From a virus, in IMG/VR virus record IMGVR_UViG_3300013426_000010, positions 1 through 43,570 of that record: a stretch of 43,570 bases of DNA. One strand, written 5' to 3'. The stretch's first letter is position 1; the number at the start of each line of letters is the position of its first letter. Shown piece after piece: positions 7,210 through 14,857 of the stretch. The notes under the pieces were generated by a model. The model saw only the letters and a program-made list of their open reading frames with translations, ran no database searches and was not told where the DNA came from. The translations under genes and the position numbers were made by a program.

Positions 7210-8382
7210 CTATTTTTTGTCGTATAGAACCCAGTCGATAACCTTACGGTTTGCTTCGTCAACCCTTGATAGGTCGGGATTGATGTAAGTGCTTGTTACA
7301 CGAACCCCGAAGGAATGCCCGAGGGCTAGGGAAATCGTGTCCTTCGATATTCCCAGTTTGAACGCAAGGGTCGCCCACGTATGGCGAGCGTAGTAAGTTG
7401 TAACCCCTTTAATAACAAGACTGAGCGTTTCGTTGAAAGCCTGCAGGAAAGAAATATCGCTCTTTCGTTCCTCGCAGAATGCAAGCAATTTCTTTTCGCC
7501 GCGGTATCTTTCGATGATTTCAAGTGCTTCGGGCTCTAGTTTGATGGAGTAATCTTTTCCAGTCTTCAATCTCTTGTAATGCAATCGTCCGTCGTAGATG
7601 CAGGAGTTTTCCAGATTGTACATATCATGGGAGTTTATTCCGATGAGGAAAAACATCAGTTTGAAGGCATCTATGAACATTCTTTTCTTGAGCGGTACTT
7701 TTGCGTTGAATATCATTCTGATTTCCTCGACTTTCAAATCTCTGTACTTTGTTGATTCCAACGTTATCTTAAGCCTGCGGAATGGATAGTTGTTCGTCAA
7801 CTCGCAATCAATGGCATAATTGAAGATTGCTGAAAGGTGCCGTAGGTGGGTACTTCTAGTATTTAGCTTAAGTCCCTTGCGGATAAGGAACGAAATGAAC
7901 CTTTCCAGCCACTCTCTGTTTATATCGTCAAGTGCTATTTTCTCGGCATCATTATCGTATTCCTTGACGATTTTCCATGTTGAGCGATAGTTGCTTCTTG
8001 TGCCGTCTCGCATCTCTCGCCCTATGTACTTTTTGTAAACCTCGAACAACGTGGCTTTCTTTTCCGCCTCTGGTTCCGCTTCCTTGATGATGAGGGAACG
8101 GAGTTCTATGGCGGAAATATCGCCACGGTAGGTTTCTCGGCTTTGGACTTGCATCATCATCCGATTGTAGAAGCTAAGACGGTTGAGGAGGAAATCGTTC
8201 AGCACGTCTTTGTCAGGACGCTTCTTTACCCTTCCAGTACGTTTGTCCCATTCATCGGGCTTGCAATACTGGTTAAGGGTGATGTAAGCCGTTTTTCCGT
8301 GATGGTTGACGGCGAGACGTATTGAACATGTGCCGTCTGCACGCTTGGAGCGTGTGTCTAGATATAATTTCAGTGTTGACAT
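7210..8382 (-). CDS. int: Tyrosine recombinase / phage integrase (Bacteroidetes type)
   Basis: 390 aa. The N-terminus LKLYLDTRSKRADGTCSIRLAVNHHGKTAYI is typical of Bacteroidetes integrase arm-binding domains. The C-terminus ARHTWATLAFKLGISKDTISLALGHSFGVRVTSTYI carries the R/H..R/H/Y catalytic blocks. Confidence 0.9.
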   Translation of the reverse strand: MSTLKLYLDTRSKRADGTCSIRLAVNHHGKTAYITLNQYCKPDEWDKRTGRVKKRPDKDVLNDFLLNRLSFYNRMMMQVQSRETYRGDISAIELRSLIIKEAEPEAEKKATLFEVYKKYIGREMRDGTRSNYRSTWKIVKEYDNDAEKIALDDINREWLERFISFLIRKGLKLNTRSTHLRHLSAIFNYAIDCELTNNYPFRRLKITLESTKYRDLKVEEIRMIFNAKVPLKKRMFIDAFKLMFFLIGINSHDMYNLENSCIYDGRLHYKRLKTGKDYSIKLEPEALEIIERYRGEKKLLAFCEERKSDISFLQAFNETLSLVIKGVTTYYARHTWATLAFKLGISKDTISLALGHSFGVRVTSTYINPDLSRVDEANRKVIDWVLYDKK

Positions 8383-8386
8383 GTTG

Positions 8387-8408
8387 CTTGCATTTTACTT
8401 GCATTTTA
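8387..8408. repeat. Tandem 11-nt direct repeat CTTGCATTTTA x2 abutting the integrase start codon
   Basis: Direct reading of 8387-8397 and 8398-8408. The minus strand reads TAAAATGCAAG TAAAATGCAAG CAAC ATG. Confidence 0.8.
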
Positions 8409-8587
8409 ATTCGTTCATAAAAAATCCTTTTGTACCCCGATGGTGCATGTTTTGCCCATGTGCCCAAAGGGAATAACCTTTAATTGCCCTTTATTTAAGG
8501 GGGTTCTAGGTTAAATCTTATCAAAATCGGCACAAAGGTTTAAGCGGTGTTTTAAGTACGGTGATTATCAGTGAGTTATGTATATTG

Positions 8588-8896
8588 CTATTTCTTCTTG
8601 CAGTTTTTCTGCATTATTTTTTGCTTTTCAACGTCAAATCCACGGTTGAACATCTTCCCAGAACCGAGAAGAAGGTAGTCCGTTCTGACGTTGTAGTTCT
8701 CGGCTAGGGCTACGAGCCATTCGACTGGTATGTTGCCGTACTCCGTGTTCTTTCTCCTTACGATGTTGGAGCGGTCTATGCCGGTCCGGTCTGAGAAACT
8801 GGTGATGCCGCCGATGATGCCCAGGTTCTTCAGTTCATCTAGAACCCCGAAGAATCTAGCACGGATTCCATTCAATATGATGTTGTCTTTCTGCAT
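8588..8896 (-). CDS. Helix-turn-helix protein (phage CI-repressor-like HTH)
   Basis: FFGVLDELKNLGIIGGITSFSDRTGIDRSNIVRRKNTEYGNIPVEWLVALAENYNVRTDYLLLG has the pattern of Bacteroidetes phage CI-type HTH domains. It is the last gene of the minus-strand lysogeny operon. Confidence 0.55.
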   Translation of the reverse strand: MQKDNIILNGIRARFFGVLDELKNLGIIGGITSFSDRTGIDRSNIVRRKNTEYGNIPVEWLVALAENYNVRTDYLLLGSGKMFNRGFDVEKQKIMQKNCKKK

Positions 8897-9087
8897 AGTC
8901 TTTTCTTTATAATTTTGTCGTAGGAACGTTTGAATCTAGCTTCCGTCTCTGCGGATCTAGAGCGAAGCCGCTTTTCCCAGTCCTGCAACTGTACCAAGGA
9001 TGGCGCAGTGTCCAGAAGTTGCTTTTGTTCTTCCTCGCTGAGGACTGGAATATATTTCTCGTATCTGAGTAAGTAATTAATTTCCAT
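8872..9087 (-). CDS. Hypothetical 71-aa protein
   Basis: The start shares one nt with the upstream stop (TAATG). The ORF overlaps the next gene by 25 nt. Confidence 0.45.
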   Translation of the reverse strand: MEINYLLRYEKYIPVLSEEEQKQLLDTAPSLVQLQDWEKRLRSRSAETEARFKRSYDKIIKKRLCRKTTSY

Positions 9088-9524
9088 TATCCACCGAATA
9101 AAGATTGTCTTGGTTGTTTCTTCTTTGGTTCTTTGACTTTGCTTGTTTTCAATCCTTGTAGGATTTCTTCGTCAGTCGAAACACTCTTTACGAGCACACA
9201 ATGTATTATATTCGGGTTTGAGTCTTTACCGACAAGCGCAGCCATGGTCTTATCTGAGTAGGAGAATACTTGCAATATTTTCCATCCGTGTTTTGCAAGA
9301 TAGTTGGCCGCATCAATGTACGAACTAAACTTCAATTTGTCTCCGTTATCATCTAATAAGTCAACTTGGTTATTAAGACCGAAGTCAAAACTAAGCAAAG
9401 CAGAATTTGAAAACAAATTTGTTGTTCCGTAACAGTTTATATCGCAATATGCCATATATTTATCTTGCGCATGAGCACAAGAGTATGTAATTGCAATCAA
9501 AATAGAAGTTATTATTTTCTTCAT
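9087..9524 (-). CDS. Secreted or periplasmic protein with cleavable signal peptide
   Basis: MKKIITSILIAITYSCAHAQ signal with an AHA-Q cleavage-like site. The C-terminal tail is lysine-rich. Confidence 0.55.
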   Translation of the reverse strand: MKKIITSILIAITYSCAHAQDKYMAYCDINCYGTTNLFSNSALLSFDFGLNNQVDLLDDNGDKLKFSSYIDAANYLAKHGWKILQVFSYSDKTMAALVGKDSNPNIIHCVLVKSVSTDEEILQGLKTSKVKEPKKKQPRQSLFGG

Positions 9525-9525
9525 G

Positions 9526-9975
9526 TTACTTTTTGTTTAGATGATTAATATTTCGATTGTAGAACTCGTTCCAAGCCTTTTTCTTGAAGAAGACGAAGAA
9601 GAGCAGGAGCCCGAGGGCTACCATGGCGACATGCAAGGGTTCCCGAAGGATGCCGAACCCGAAGGAGCGTTGGAAGTCTATGCAGAACGAAATCATTACT
9701 CCGTATGTTATGAATGCCCGATGCACCCAACAGAAGCCGTAGGCTAGGGACACAATCGTCCAAGCCACGAATCCGAAGAGTGAGCAATCAAAGACCCATT
9801 CCGTCAACTTCGCCCTATACCCAAAGGTTAGCAAGGTGCAGTGGACTAACATCACGAACGCCCCGATTGGCGGGATGATTCCGACGATCAACCTGCTAGC
9901 CTTCCAAAGCCAGCTTTTCCCGAGAGCGGCAAGAAGAACTTTCTCATGCCGCTCAATGAAATCCTCGTTTTCCAT
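9526..9975 (-). CDS. Polytopic inner-membrane protein (about 4 TM helices)
   Basis: Hydrophobic stretches LIVGIIPPIGAFVMLVHCTLLTF, CSLFGFVAWTIVSLAYGFCWV, ITYGVMISFCIDF and VAMVALGLLLFFVFF. The start is taken at ATG 9975 (MENEDF); the track start at 9987 is a GTG. Confidence 0.55.
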   Translation of the reverse strand: MENEDFIERHEKVLLAALGKSWLWKASRLIVGIIPPIGAFVMLVHCTLLTFGYRAKLTEWVFDCSLFGFVAWTIVSLAYGFCWVHRAFITYGVMISFCIDFQRSFGFGILREPLHVAMVALGLLLFFVFFKKKAWNEFYNRNINHLNKK

Positions 9976-9976
9976 A

Positions 9977-10081
9977 TTATAGTTCACGCAACCATCTCTG
10001 ACCTTGCTTTGTGCTCAGCCAAATATTGAGCGCAAGGGCTACCAGCCCAGTTCCTGCCAATGTAATAATCAATGCTTCCAT
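9977..10081 (-). CDS. 34-aa single-TM peptide (below the ORF-track cutoff)
   Basis: My translation of the minus strand: MEALIITLAGTGLVALALNIWLSTKQGQRWLREL. It fills the gap between two operon genes exactly (stop at 9977-9979, next start at 9975). Confidence 0.35.
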   Translation of the reverse strand: MEALIITLAGTGLVALALNIWLSTKQGQRWLREL

Positions 10082-10086
10082 ATCTT

Positions 10087-10314
10087 TTATTTTTTAGAGA
10101 TTCTATACCCGAAAAGCGCAAGCAATGCCGTTGAAGCCAGTCCAACCAAAAACAAAGAGACGGCTGCGGTCGTTATTTCTTCCTTCAAGAACATCGCGAC
10201 TACATCGCCAACCACGGTGGATGCAAACGTTGTCTTCGCCAAGTCGTAAAAGAACTTGCTTAGATTGTCCCTTGCGGATTGTTGCTTTGCTCTTTCTTCT
10301 TTTGTTGTTACCAT
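10087..10314 (-). CDS. Small two-TM membrane protein
   Basis: 75 aa, with TTFASTVVGDVVAMFL and AAVSLFLVGLASTALLALFGY. It lies 25 nt downstream of the repressor gene. Confidence 0.5.
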   Translation of the reverse strand: MVTTKEERAKQQSARDNLSKFFYDLAKTTFASTVVGDVVAMFLKEEITTAAVSLFLVGLASTALLALFGYRISKK

Positions 10315-10339
10315 ATCATTCCAAGTGCAAAGTTACGAA

Positions 10340-10795
10340 TTATTTCTGACCTACGATTGCAAGAAGGGCGTCTATGTGCTTTTGTTGGGTCTCAATTAAT
10401 TTATCTTTGTCTGCGACCATCTTTTTAAGCATTTCGTTTTCTGCTTGTAGGGCTGCATCCGATGTGCCAAGCGATTGGCTTACGTTTGGGCTATATGAGC
10501 CATTTACGTTAGAACCAGTAATTCCCGCACCAATTTCGTTAGTGCTTGCAACCGTTGGGGAAAACATCGGTTCGATTCCTTTTTCTAACCAGTCCAAAGA
10601 CACATTTAAAGCGTGGGCTATCTTGTAGATTACTCTATCGGAAAAAGATGCCTTACCCTTGATAGAGCGTGAAAGATTCCCCGTGTCAACTCCCGACATA
10701 GTTGCCAGCTTGTTTACTGACAGATTTCTCTGTTTTCGAAGTAGCTCTATTCTTTGAGCAATTTCTTCGTTGTTGTAATTCTTTGTATCCATCAT
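10340..10795 (-). CDS. XRE-family HTH repressor (CI-like) with coiled-coil C-terminus and no peptidase domain
   Basis: IAQRIELLRKQRNLSVNKLATMSGVDTGNLSRSIKGKASFSDRVIYKIAHALNVSLDWL is a classical XRE HTH. It is divergent from a Cro-like gene. The start is taken at ATGATG 10795/10792. Confidence 0.7.
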   Translation of the reverse strand: MMDTKNYNNEEIAQRIELLRKQRNLSVNKLATMSGVDTGNLSRSIKGKASFSDRVIYKIAHALNVSLDWLEKGIEPMFSPTVASTNEIGAGITGSNVNGSYSPNVSQSLGTSDAALQAENEMLKKMVADKDKLIETQQKHIDALLAIVGQK

Positions 10796-10965
10796 ATGTA
10801 TACCTTTTGTAAAGTTATGTAAATGTAGGCTAAAATACATTAAAAACAAAAGTAAACCTATGTAATTTACAAAAGTTTTATGTATCTTTGCAAACGAATT
10901 ACAAAACGTATTCTACAAATACTTTTGCAAAGATAAAGAAAATAATTAATAAAACAATAAATAAA
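10796..10965. promoter_or_regulatory. Divergent lysis/lysogeny switch region with -7 boxes on both strands and repeated operator-like words
   Basis: Minus-strand -7 box TACTTTTG (forward CAAAAGTA at 10847-10854). Plus-strand boxes TATCTTTG 10883-10890 and TACTTTTG 10920-10927. TATGTA[AT] occurs at 10816, 10859 and 10879. TTTTGTAA at 10805-10812 is the inverse of TTACAAAA at 10867-10874 and 10899-10906. Confidence 0.55.
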
Positions 10966-11199
10966 ATGGAAAATTTTGCAAAAATTGATTTTCGCACTCC
11001 TGCGCAGAAGAAGCGAGAGGAAATGAGAGCCAAGGTCTGCGAGACTTTCAAGAAGGCACAGAAGGCTGCGCCCGATGGCACATCAAGAAACCGCATCCTT
11101 ACGGTTGTGGCCGCCCAGCTGGGAATGACCGCACAAGGCGTGAAGAACAATCTCATACGCTGCGGCTTGTATGAGGTCAAGAAGACGCAAGCCATTTAG
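10966..11199 (+). CDS. Cro-like small HTH regulator
   Basis: Start taken at MENFAKIDF (ATG 10966). ILTVVAAQLGMTAQGVKNNLIRCG is HTH-like. The position is divergent from the repressor. Confidence 0.5.
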   Translation: MENFAKIDFRTPAQKKREEMRAKVCETFKKAQKAAPDGTSRNRILTVVAAQLGMTAQGVKNNLIRCGLYEVKKTQAI

Positions 11200-11233
11200 T
11201 TAACGAATTGTCGAACCCTTTTAATTGGAGGTA

Positions 11234-11329
11234 ATGAAAATGAACATGAACAACCCTTTTACATTCGAGAATGTGGTAATGGGGGCTTTCGCCCTTTTGG
11301 TGGTAACTTTAATCTTTTGGAGGGCATGA
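11234..11329 (+). CDS. 31-aa single-TM peptide (below the ORF-track cutoff)
   Basis: GGAGG sits 5 nt upstream. My translation: MKMNMNNPFTFENVVMGAFALLVVTLIFWRA. The stop overlaps the next ATG (GCATGAGCATG). Confidence 0.3.
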   Translation: MKMNMNNPFTFENVVMGAFALLVVTLIFWRA

Positions 11330-11529
11330 GCATGACGAACGAAGAACCAAAGGTGGCGGACGCTGGCCGCTACACCGTAATGGAGACTTGCAAGGCGCTG
11401 GGCATCCACCGCAACACGTTGCGCAGATGGTTGCAGGCAGGGAAAATCCAATGCAAGTTCAGGAGAATCGACAACCGCAAGGTTTTCGAGGGTAAGGAAA
11501 TCAAAAAGGTTTGGAGGATTGCGCTATGA
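11326..11529 (+). CDS. Excisionase/MerR-type (HTH_17-like) DNA-binding protein, candidate Xis or early regulator
   Basis: RYTVMETCKALGIHRNTLRRWLQAGKIQ matches the excisionase-family HTH pattern. The start could be ATG 11326 or 11332. Confidence 0.55.
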   Translation: MSMTNEEPKVADAGRYTVMETCKALGIHRNTLRRWLQAGKIQCKFRRIDNRKVFEGKEIKKVWRIAL

Positions 11530-11819
11530 GCAAGTTATCTATCAACATGCGCCGTATGATTATCAACTGGCGAGATATTCAGTGGTTGGTTACAAGCCAC
11601 ATGGCGAACCGCAAGACAAGAAAGCGTTGCAACCTTAACAACAAGTGCTACGATGAAGCGCAGCGCAGGGTGCAATACAGAGAGTTCGGGGGAAATCTTT
11701 GCATCGCCCTTGATAACATTCCGCTCTTTCCAGTGGACGGTATCAACAACGAGTGCTTGGATGCAGCCCGAGAGACGTTCCAGAAGTATATCTTCGACCA
11801 GAGAGGAGGTAACCGATGA
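11526..11819 (+). CDS. Hypothetical protein
   Basis: ATGA-coupled to the upstream gene (ATG 11526). 97 aa. Confidence 0.45.
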   Translation: MSKLSINMRRMIINWRDIQWLVTSHMANRKTRKRCNLNNKCYDEAQRRVQYREFGGNLCIALDNIPLFPVDGINNECLDAARETFQKYIFDQRGGNR

Positions 11820-12169
11820 GACCGCAGATTATCGAGGAATGCCGCAAGAAGATGTATGACGCAATTTGGCTGGAGGTCAACCGAGACCCGCAGCGCCCTT
11901 CCGTGGCAAGGGTGGACATGGAGACCCCAGCAGGATATATCTGCATTTGGTGCGACCCGACTGGCAATATGGCATCCATCACGCACAAGGTCGGGAACCA
12001 TGAATGCGAGAGACTGGCGGAAGCCATCGAGGGATGCGTGGACTATCGGGACGTAATGGACGATTACTTCGATGAGTGCCCCGAAGCCACGGATCAAGAC
12101 ACGTACCCCTTGGATGCCTTCAACGACTGGAGGTTGGACCGCTTGATGGAAGAGTTTACCAATTCTTAG
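11816..12169 (+). CDS. Hypothetical acidic Cys/His-containing protein
   Basis: ATGA-coupled (ATG 11816). 117 aa. Confidence 0.5.
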   Translation: MRPQIIEECRKKMYDAIWLEVNRDPQRPSVARVDMETPAGYICIWCDPTGNMASITHKVGNHECERLAEAIEGCVDYRDVMDDYFDECPEATDQDTYPLDAFNDWRLDRLMEEFTNS

Positions 12170-12320
12170 ATAAAGTTCTTAAAAATGTTTTTTGTTGTTG
12201 GCTTGCAGCGGCAAGCAAAGGTGGCGCACGTTATCCTTGATTTAGTTAAATATAGTGGTTATTGGATTAGGTTAATCGCATAGTTGGCAAGTATCTGTGG
12301 AAACTGCGTGCGCCATCATT

Positions 12321-12402
12321 CGGGAGTGTCGCCTAGGCAGCTGGATAGCTAGGCATGCTGGTAAGGTCTCGGAGCGAGAAGGTTCGAATCCTTCACTCCC
12401 AC
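12321..12402 (+). ncRNA. tRNA-like element: perfect T-arm plus acceptor stem, but no foldable anticodon arm (degenerate tRNA or tRNA-like structure)
   Basis: GAAGG-TTCGAAT-CCTTC (12378-12394) is a canonical T stem-loop. The 3' strand ACTCCCA (12395-12401) pairs with CGGGAGT (12321-12327). The interior contains an imperfect 17-nt tandem duplication (12331-12347 / 12348-12364), and I could not fold D and anticodon arms. Confidence 0.3.
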
Positions 12403-12451
12403 AAAAAGAGTTAGATAAAAAGAAGTCAAACAAGATTAAAACGAAACAACT

Positions 12452-13312
12452 ATGAGTAATGAGATTATTCAAGTGAACGGCGGCGAGATGCTGGAAGCCA
12501 TCAACCGCTCGGAAATCGACATGCAGATAATGACTGCGCACAAGATTCCTCGAGACATCGAGCAGTGCAAGAACAACATGGTTGCGCTGGCTGCGATGGA
12601 CGATGAAATCGCTTACAACTGCTTCTATCATCTAGAGCGCAAGAACAAGGATGGACAGGTCACCGTAATCGAGGGTCCGAGTGTCCGCTTCACGGAAATC
12701 ATTTCCGCATGCTGGAAGAACCTGCGCATTGCTGGCCGCATCATTGCCAACGACGGAAAGACCATCACGGCACAAGGCGTGTGCCACGACCTAGAGAGTA
12801 ACGTTGCGTATTCCACCGAGGTCAAGCGCTCAATCCTCACTTCCAAGGGTTACACCTATTCCGAGGACATGCAAGTCGTGGTGGGCAACGCAGCCGTGGC
12901 GATAGCGCAGCGCAACGCCATCTGCAAGGTGGTGCCGCAGGTTCTTATCAAGAGCGTAGTCAAGGAGGTGCAGAAGAAGGCACTGGAGCACATTCAGAAG
13001 ACTGGTGTCGCCGACCAGTGGAAATCATGTATTAGCTATTTCCAGGCATACGGAGTTAACGACCTCATGCTACTGGAGTACATTGGCAAGAAGTCAGCCG
13101 AGGAGGTGACTGCGGAGGACATTCAGAAACTGGGTGGTGTCTACAATGCCATCAGGGAGGGAACGTCCAACGTGGACGAGACCTTCAAGAAGCCGAAGGA
13201 GCAGAGCGCCACCGCCAAGAAGGTGCAGCAGGCTGCAAATGACGCTTCTAGCAAGACTCAGCAAGCCATGAGCCGCTCGGCTGGCAACAAGGGCACGGCA
13301 TCCAAGAAATAA
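12452..13312 (+). CDS. Single-strand annealing protein (RecT/Red-beta-type recombinase), inferred
   Basis: 286 aa, upstream of a YqaJ exonuclease as in RecET/Red-type modules. Blocks IEGPSVRFTEIISACWKN and GNAAVAIAQRNAICKVVP resemble SSAP conserved blocks. The C-terminal tail is lysine-rich. Confidence 0.5.
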   Translation: MSNEIIQVNGGEMLEAINRSEIDMQIMTAHKIPRDIEQCKNNMVALAAMDDEIAYNCFYHLERKNKDGQVTVIEGPSVRFTEIISACWKNLRIAGRIIANDGKTITAQGVCHDLESNVAYSTEVKRSILTSKGYTYSEDMQVVVGNAAVAIAQRNAICKVVPQVLIKSVVKEVQKKALEHIQKTGVADQWKSCISYFQAYGVNDLMLLEYIGKKSAEEVTAEDIQKLGGVYNAIREGTSNVDETFKKPKEQSATAKKVQQAANDASSKTQQAMSRSAGNKGTASKK

Positions 13313-13338
13313 TGGGCATCGTACTGGAAGCGAGCCCG

Positions 13339-13392
13339 CCACCTACCCCGAAGCATGATTTAATGCACCTACCCTTCGGGGGGGGTGGTTTT
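13339..13392 (+). terminator. Rho-independent terminator after the SSAP gene (contains a G8 run)
   Basis: CCACCTACCCCGAAG ... CTTCGGGGGGGGTGG followed by TTTT. Confidence 0.55.
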
Positions 13393-13427
13393 CAAAGAAA
13401 CATTCAATCAAACTAAAATCAAGAAAT

Positions 13428-13751
13428 ATGAAACTGAAAGAGGAAGACATCAAGGACATTTCGGGAGTGCAGGAGTTCTTCAACAGAACCCAGAAGGCTT
13501 TGGACGTGTTCGCAGAGCAGGACGAGAAAAACTCGTACATGCTCATTTGTGTTGAGAAGGTCAACGTTGACGGCGAGGAAAGAACGCTTTCCCATATCGC
13601 TTTGGGAGGGAGTAAAGGAACGCTTGAAAGAGCCATCTATCAAGCGATGTACGAAGACAAGGATTTCAAGGACACCGTTCTTTCATCCGTAGGCCGTTAC
13701 TCCATGGAAAGAGTATTAGATAGACATACAAGAAAGGAGGGTAAGAAATGA
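13428..13751 (+). CDS. Hypothetical protein
   Basis: 107-aa ORF. Its stop overlaps the YqaJ start (ATGA). Confidence 0.5.
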   Translation: MKLKEEDIKDISGVQEFFNRTQKALDVFAEQDEKNSYMLICVEKVNVDGEERTLSHIALGGSKGTLERAIYQAMYEDKDFKDTVLSSVGRYSMERVLDRHTRKEGKK

Positions 13752-14689
13752 AACAGATTATCAAGTACAAGACAAGAGAGGAATGGTTGCAGAACCGCTC
13801 TAACGGAATCGGCGCAAGCGAAGCTGGCACCGTGCTGGGTTTGAATCCATGGGAGACCCCTTACCAGTTGTGGAGAAGAAAGAAGGGCTTCGACCCACCA
13901 AAGGCGGAGAACTTCGCAATGAAGGCTGGGCACTACTTGGAGGATGCCGTGAGCAAGTTCTACGCTGACGAGAGCCACTGCCAAATTATCAAGGCTTCGA
14001 CCGATGATTACACCATCGTCAACACGGATACTCCTTTCATGCGTGTCAGTCCGGATAGAACCTTTTGGAGGGTTGGCGCAAAGCACAACGAAGCCAGCAA
14101 ATCCATCTTGGAGTGCAAGACAACGCAAATGAGCATCGACCCAGAGGACATTCCGAAGCACTGGTTCTGCCAGTTGCAGATGAACCTAGGCGTGGGCGAG
14201 TACAAGGACGGTGCGCTTGCTTGGCTAACCATGGGCAGGGAGTTCGGTTATCTAGACGTTGACTTCGACCCCGATTTCTTCGCATGGATGAAGGGCGAGA
14301 TAACTGAATACTGGAACCGCTACATCCTAGGGGACGAGATTCCTGCGGCTACCACCGCCGAGGACGTTCTTCTTAAGTTCTCCCGACACAAGGCAGGAAA
14401 GGAAGTGGTTGCAACTCCCGATATACTTTGCATGGTTGACCGACTGAAGGAAATCAAGGGGGATGCCAAGAACCTAGAGACCGAGCAGAAGGAAATCGAG
14501 GGCAATCTGAAATTGTTCTTCGAGGATGCCGAGAGCATCGTGGACACCAACGGCAAGACCTTGGCGACATGGAAGGCACCGAAGCCATCATCCAAGTTCG
14601 ATGCAAAGGCTTTCGAAGCTGACAATCCCGACTTGTACAATTCATACTGCAAGGAAGTGCAGGGGGCACGCAGACTTCTAGTTAAGTAG
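13748..14689 (+). CDS. YqaJ-type viral recombinase exonuclease (lambda Exo/PD-(D/E)XK fold)
   Basis: EEWLQNRSNGIGASEAGTVLGLNPWETPYQLWRRKKG is the YqaJ N-terminal hallmark. The later LECKTT block fits the catalytic ExK. Confidence 0.85.
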   Translation: MKQIIKYKTREEWLQNRSNGIGASEAGTVLGLNPWETPYQLWRRKKGFDPPKAENFAMKAGHYLEDAVSKFYADESHCQIIKASTDDYTIVNTDTPFMRVSPDRTFWRVGAKHNEASKSILECKTTQMSIDPEDIPKHWFCQLQMNLGVGEYKDGALAWLTMGREFGYLDVDFDPDFFAWMKGEITEYWNRYILGDEIPAATTAEDVLLKFSRHKAGKEVVATPDILCMVDRLKEIKGDAKNLETEQKEIEGNLKLFFEDAESIVDTNGKTLATWKAPKPSSKFDAKAFEADNPDLYNSYCKEVQGARRLLVK

Positions 14690-14692
14690 CCT

Positions 14693-14857
14693 ATGGAGAT
14701 TTGCAAGACAGACATCAAGGCGATAGTGGGCTACTTGGAAGCCTACATCGCCAAGATGAAGAGCGAGCCACGACTTCTTACGACTAGGGAGTGCAACCAA
14801 GTAAGAAGGGCGACAGTGCTCAAAAAGAAAATTGAAAAGAAATTATCATCATCATGA
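14693..14857 (+). CDS. 54-aa hypothetical protein (below the ORF-track cutoff)
   Basis: My translation: MEICKTDIKAIVGYLEAYIAKMKSEPRLLTTRECNQVRRATVLKKKIEKKLSSS. It fills the gap exactly and is ATGA-coupled to the next gene. Confidence 0.4.
   Translation: MEICKTDIKAIVGYLEAYIAKMKSEPRLLTTRECNQVRRATVLKKKIEKKLSSS

Noticed and set aside
7024-7227. 67-aa + strand ORF with a TTG start
   Set aside because: It spans two terminator hairpins and the intergenic region downstream of int, so it is an artefact of allowing TTG starts.
12272-12631. 119-aa minus-strand ORF covering the tRNA-like element and the SSAP start
   Set aside because: It runs antisense to the SSAP gene and through a densely base-paired non-coding element. 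Its composition is not protein-like.
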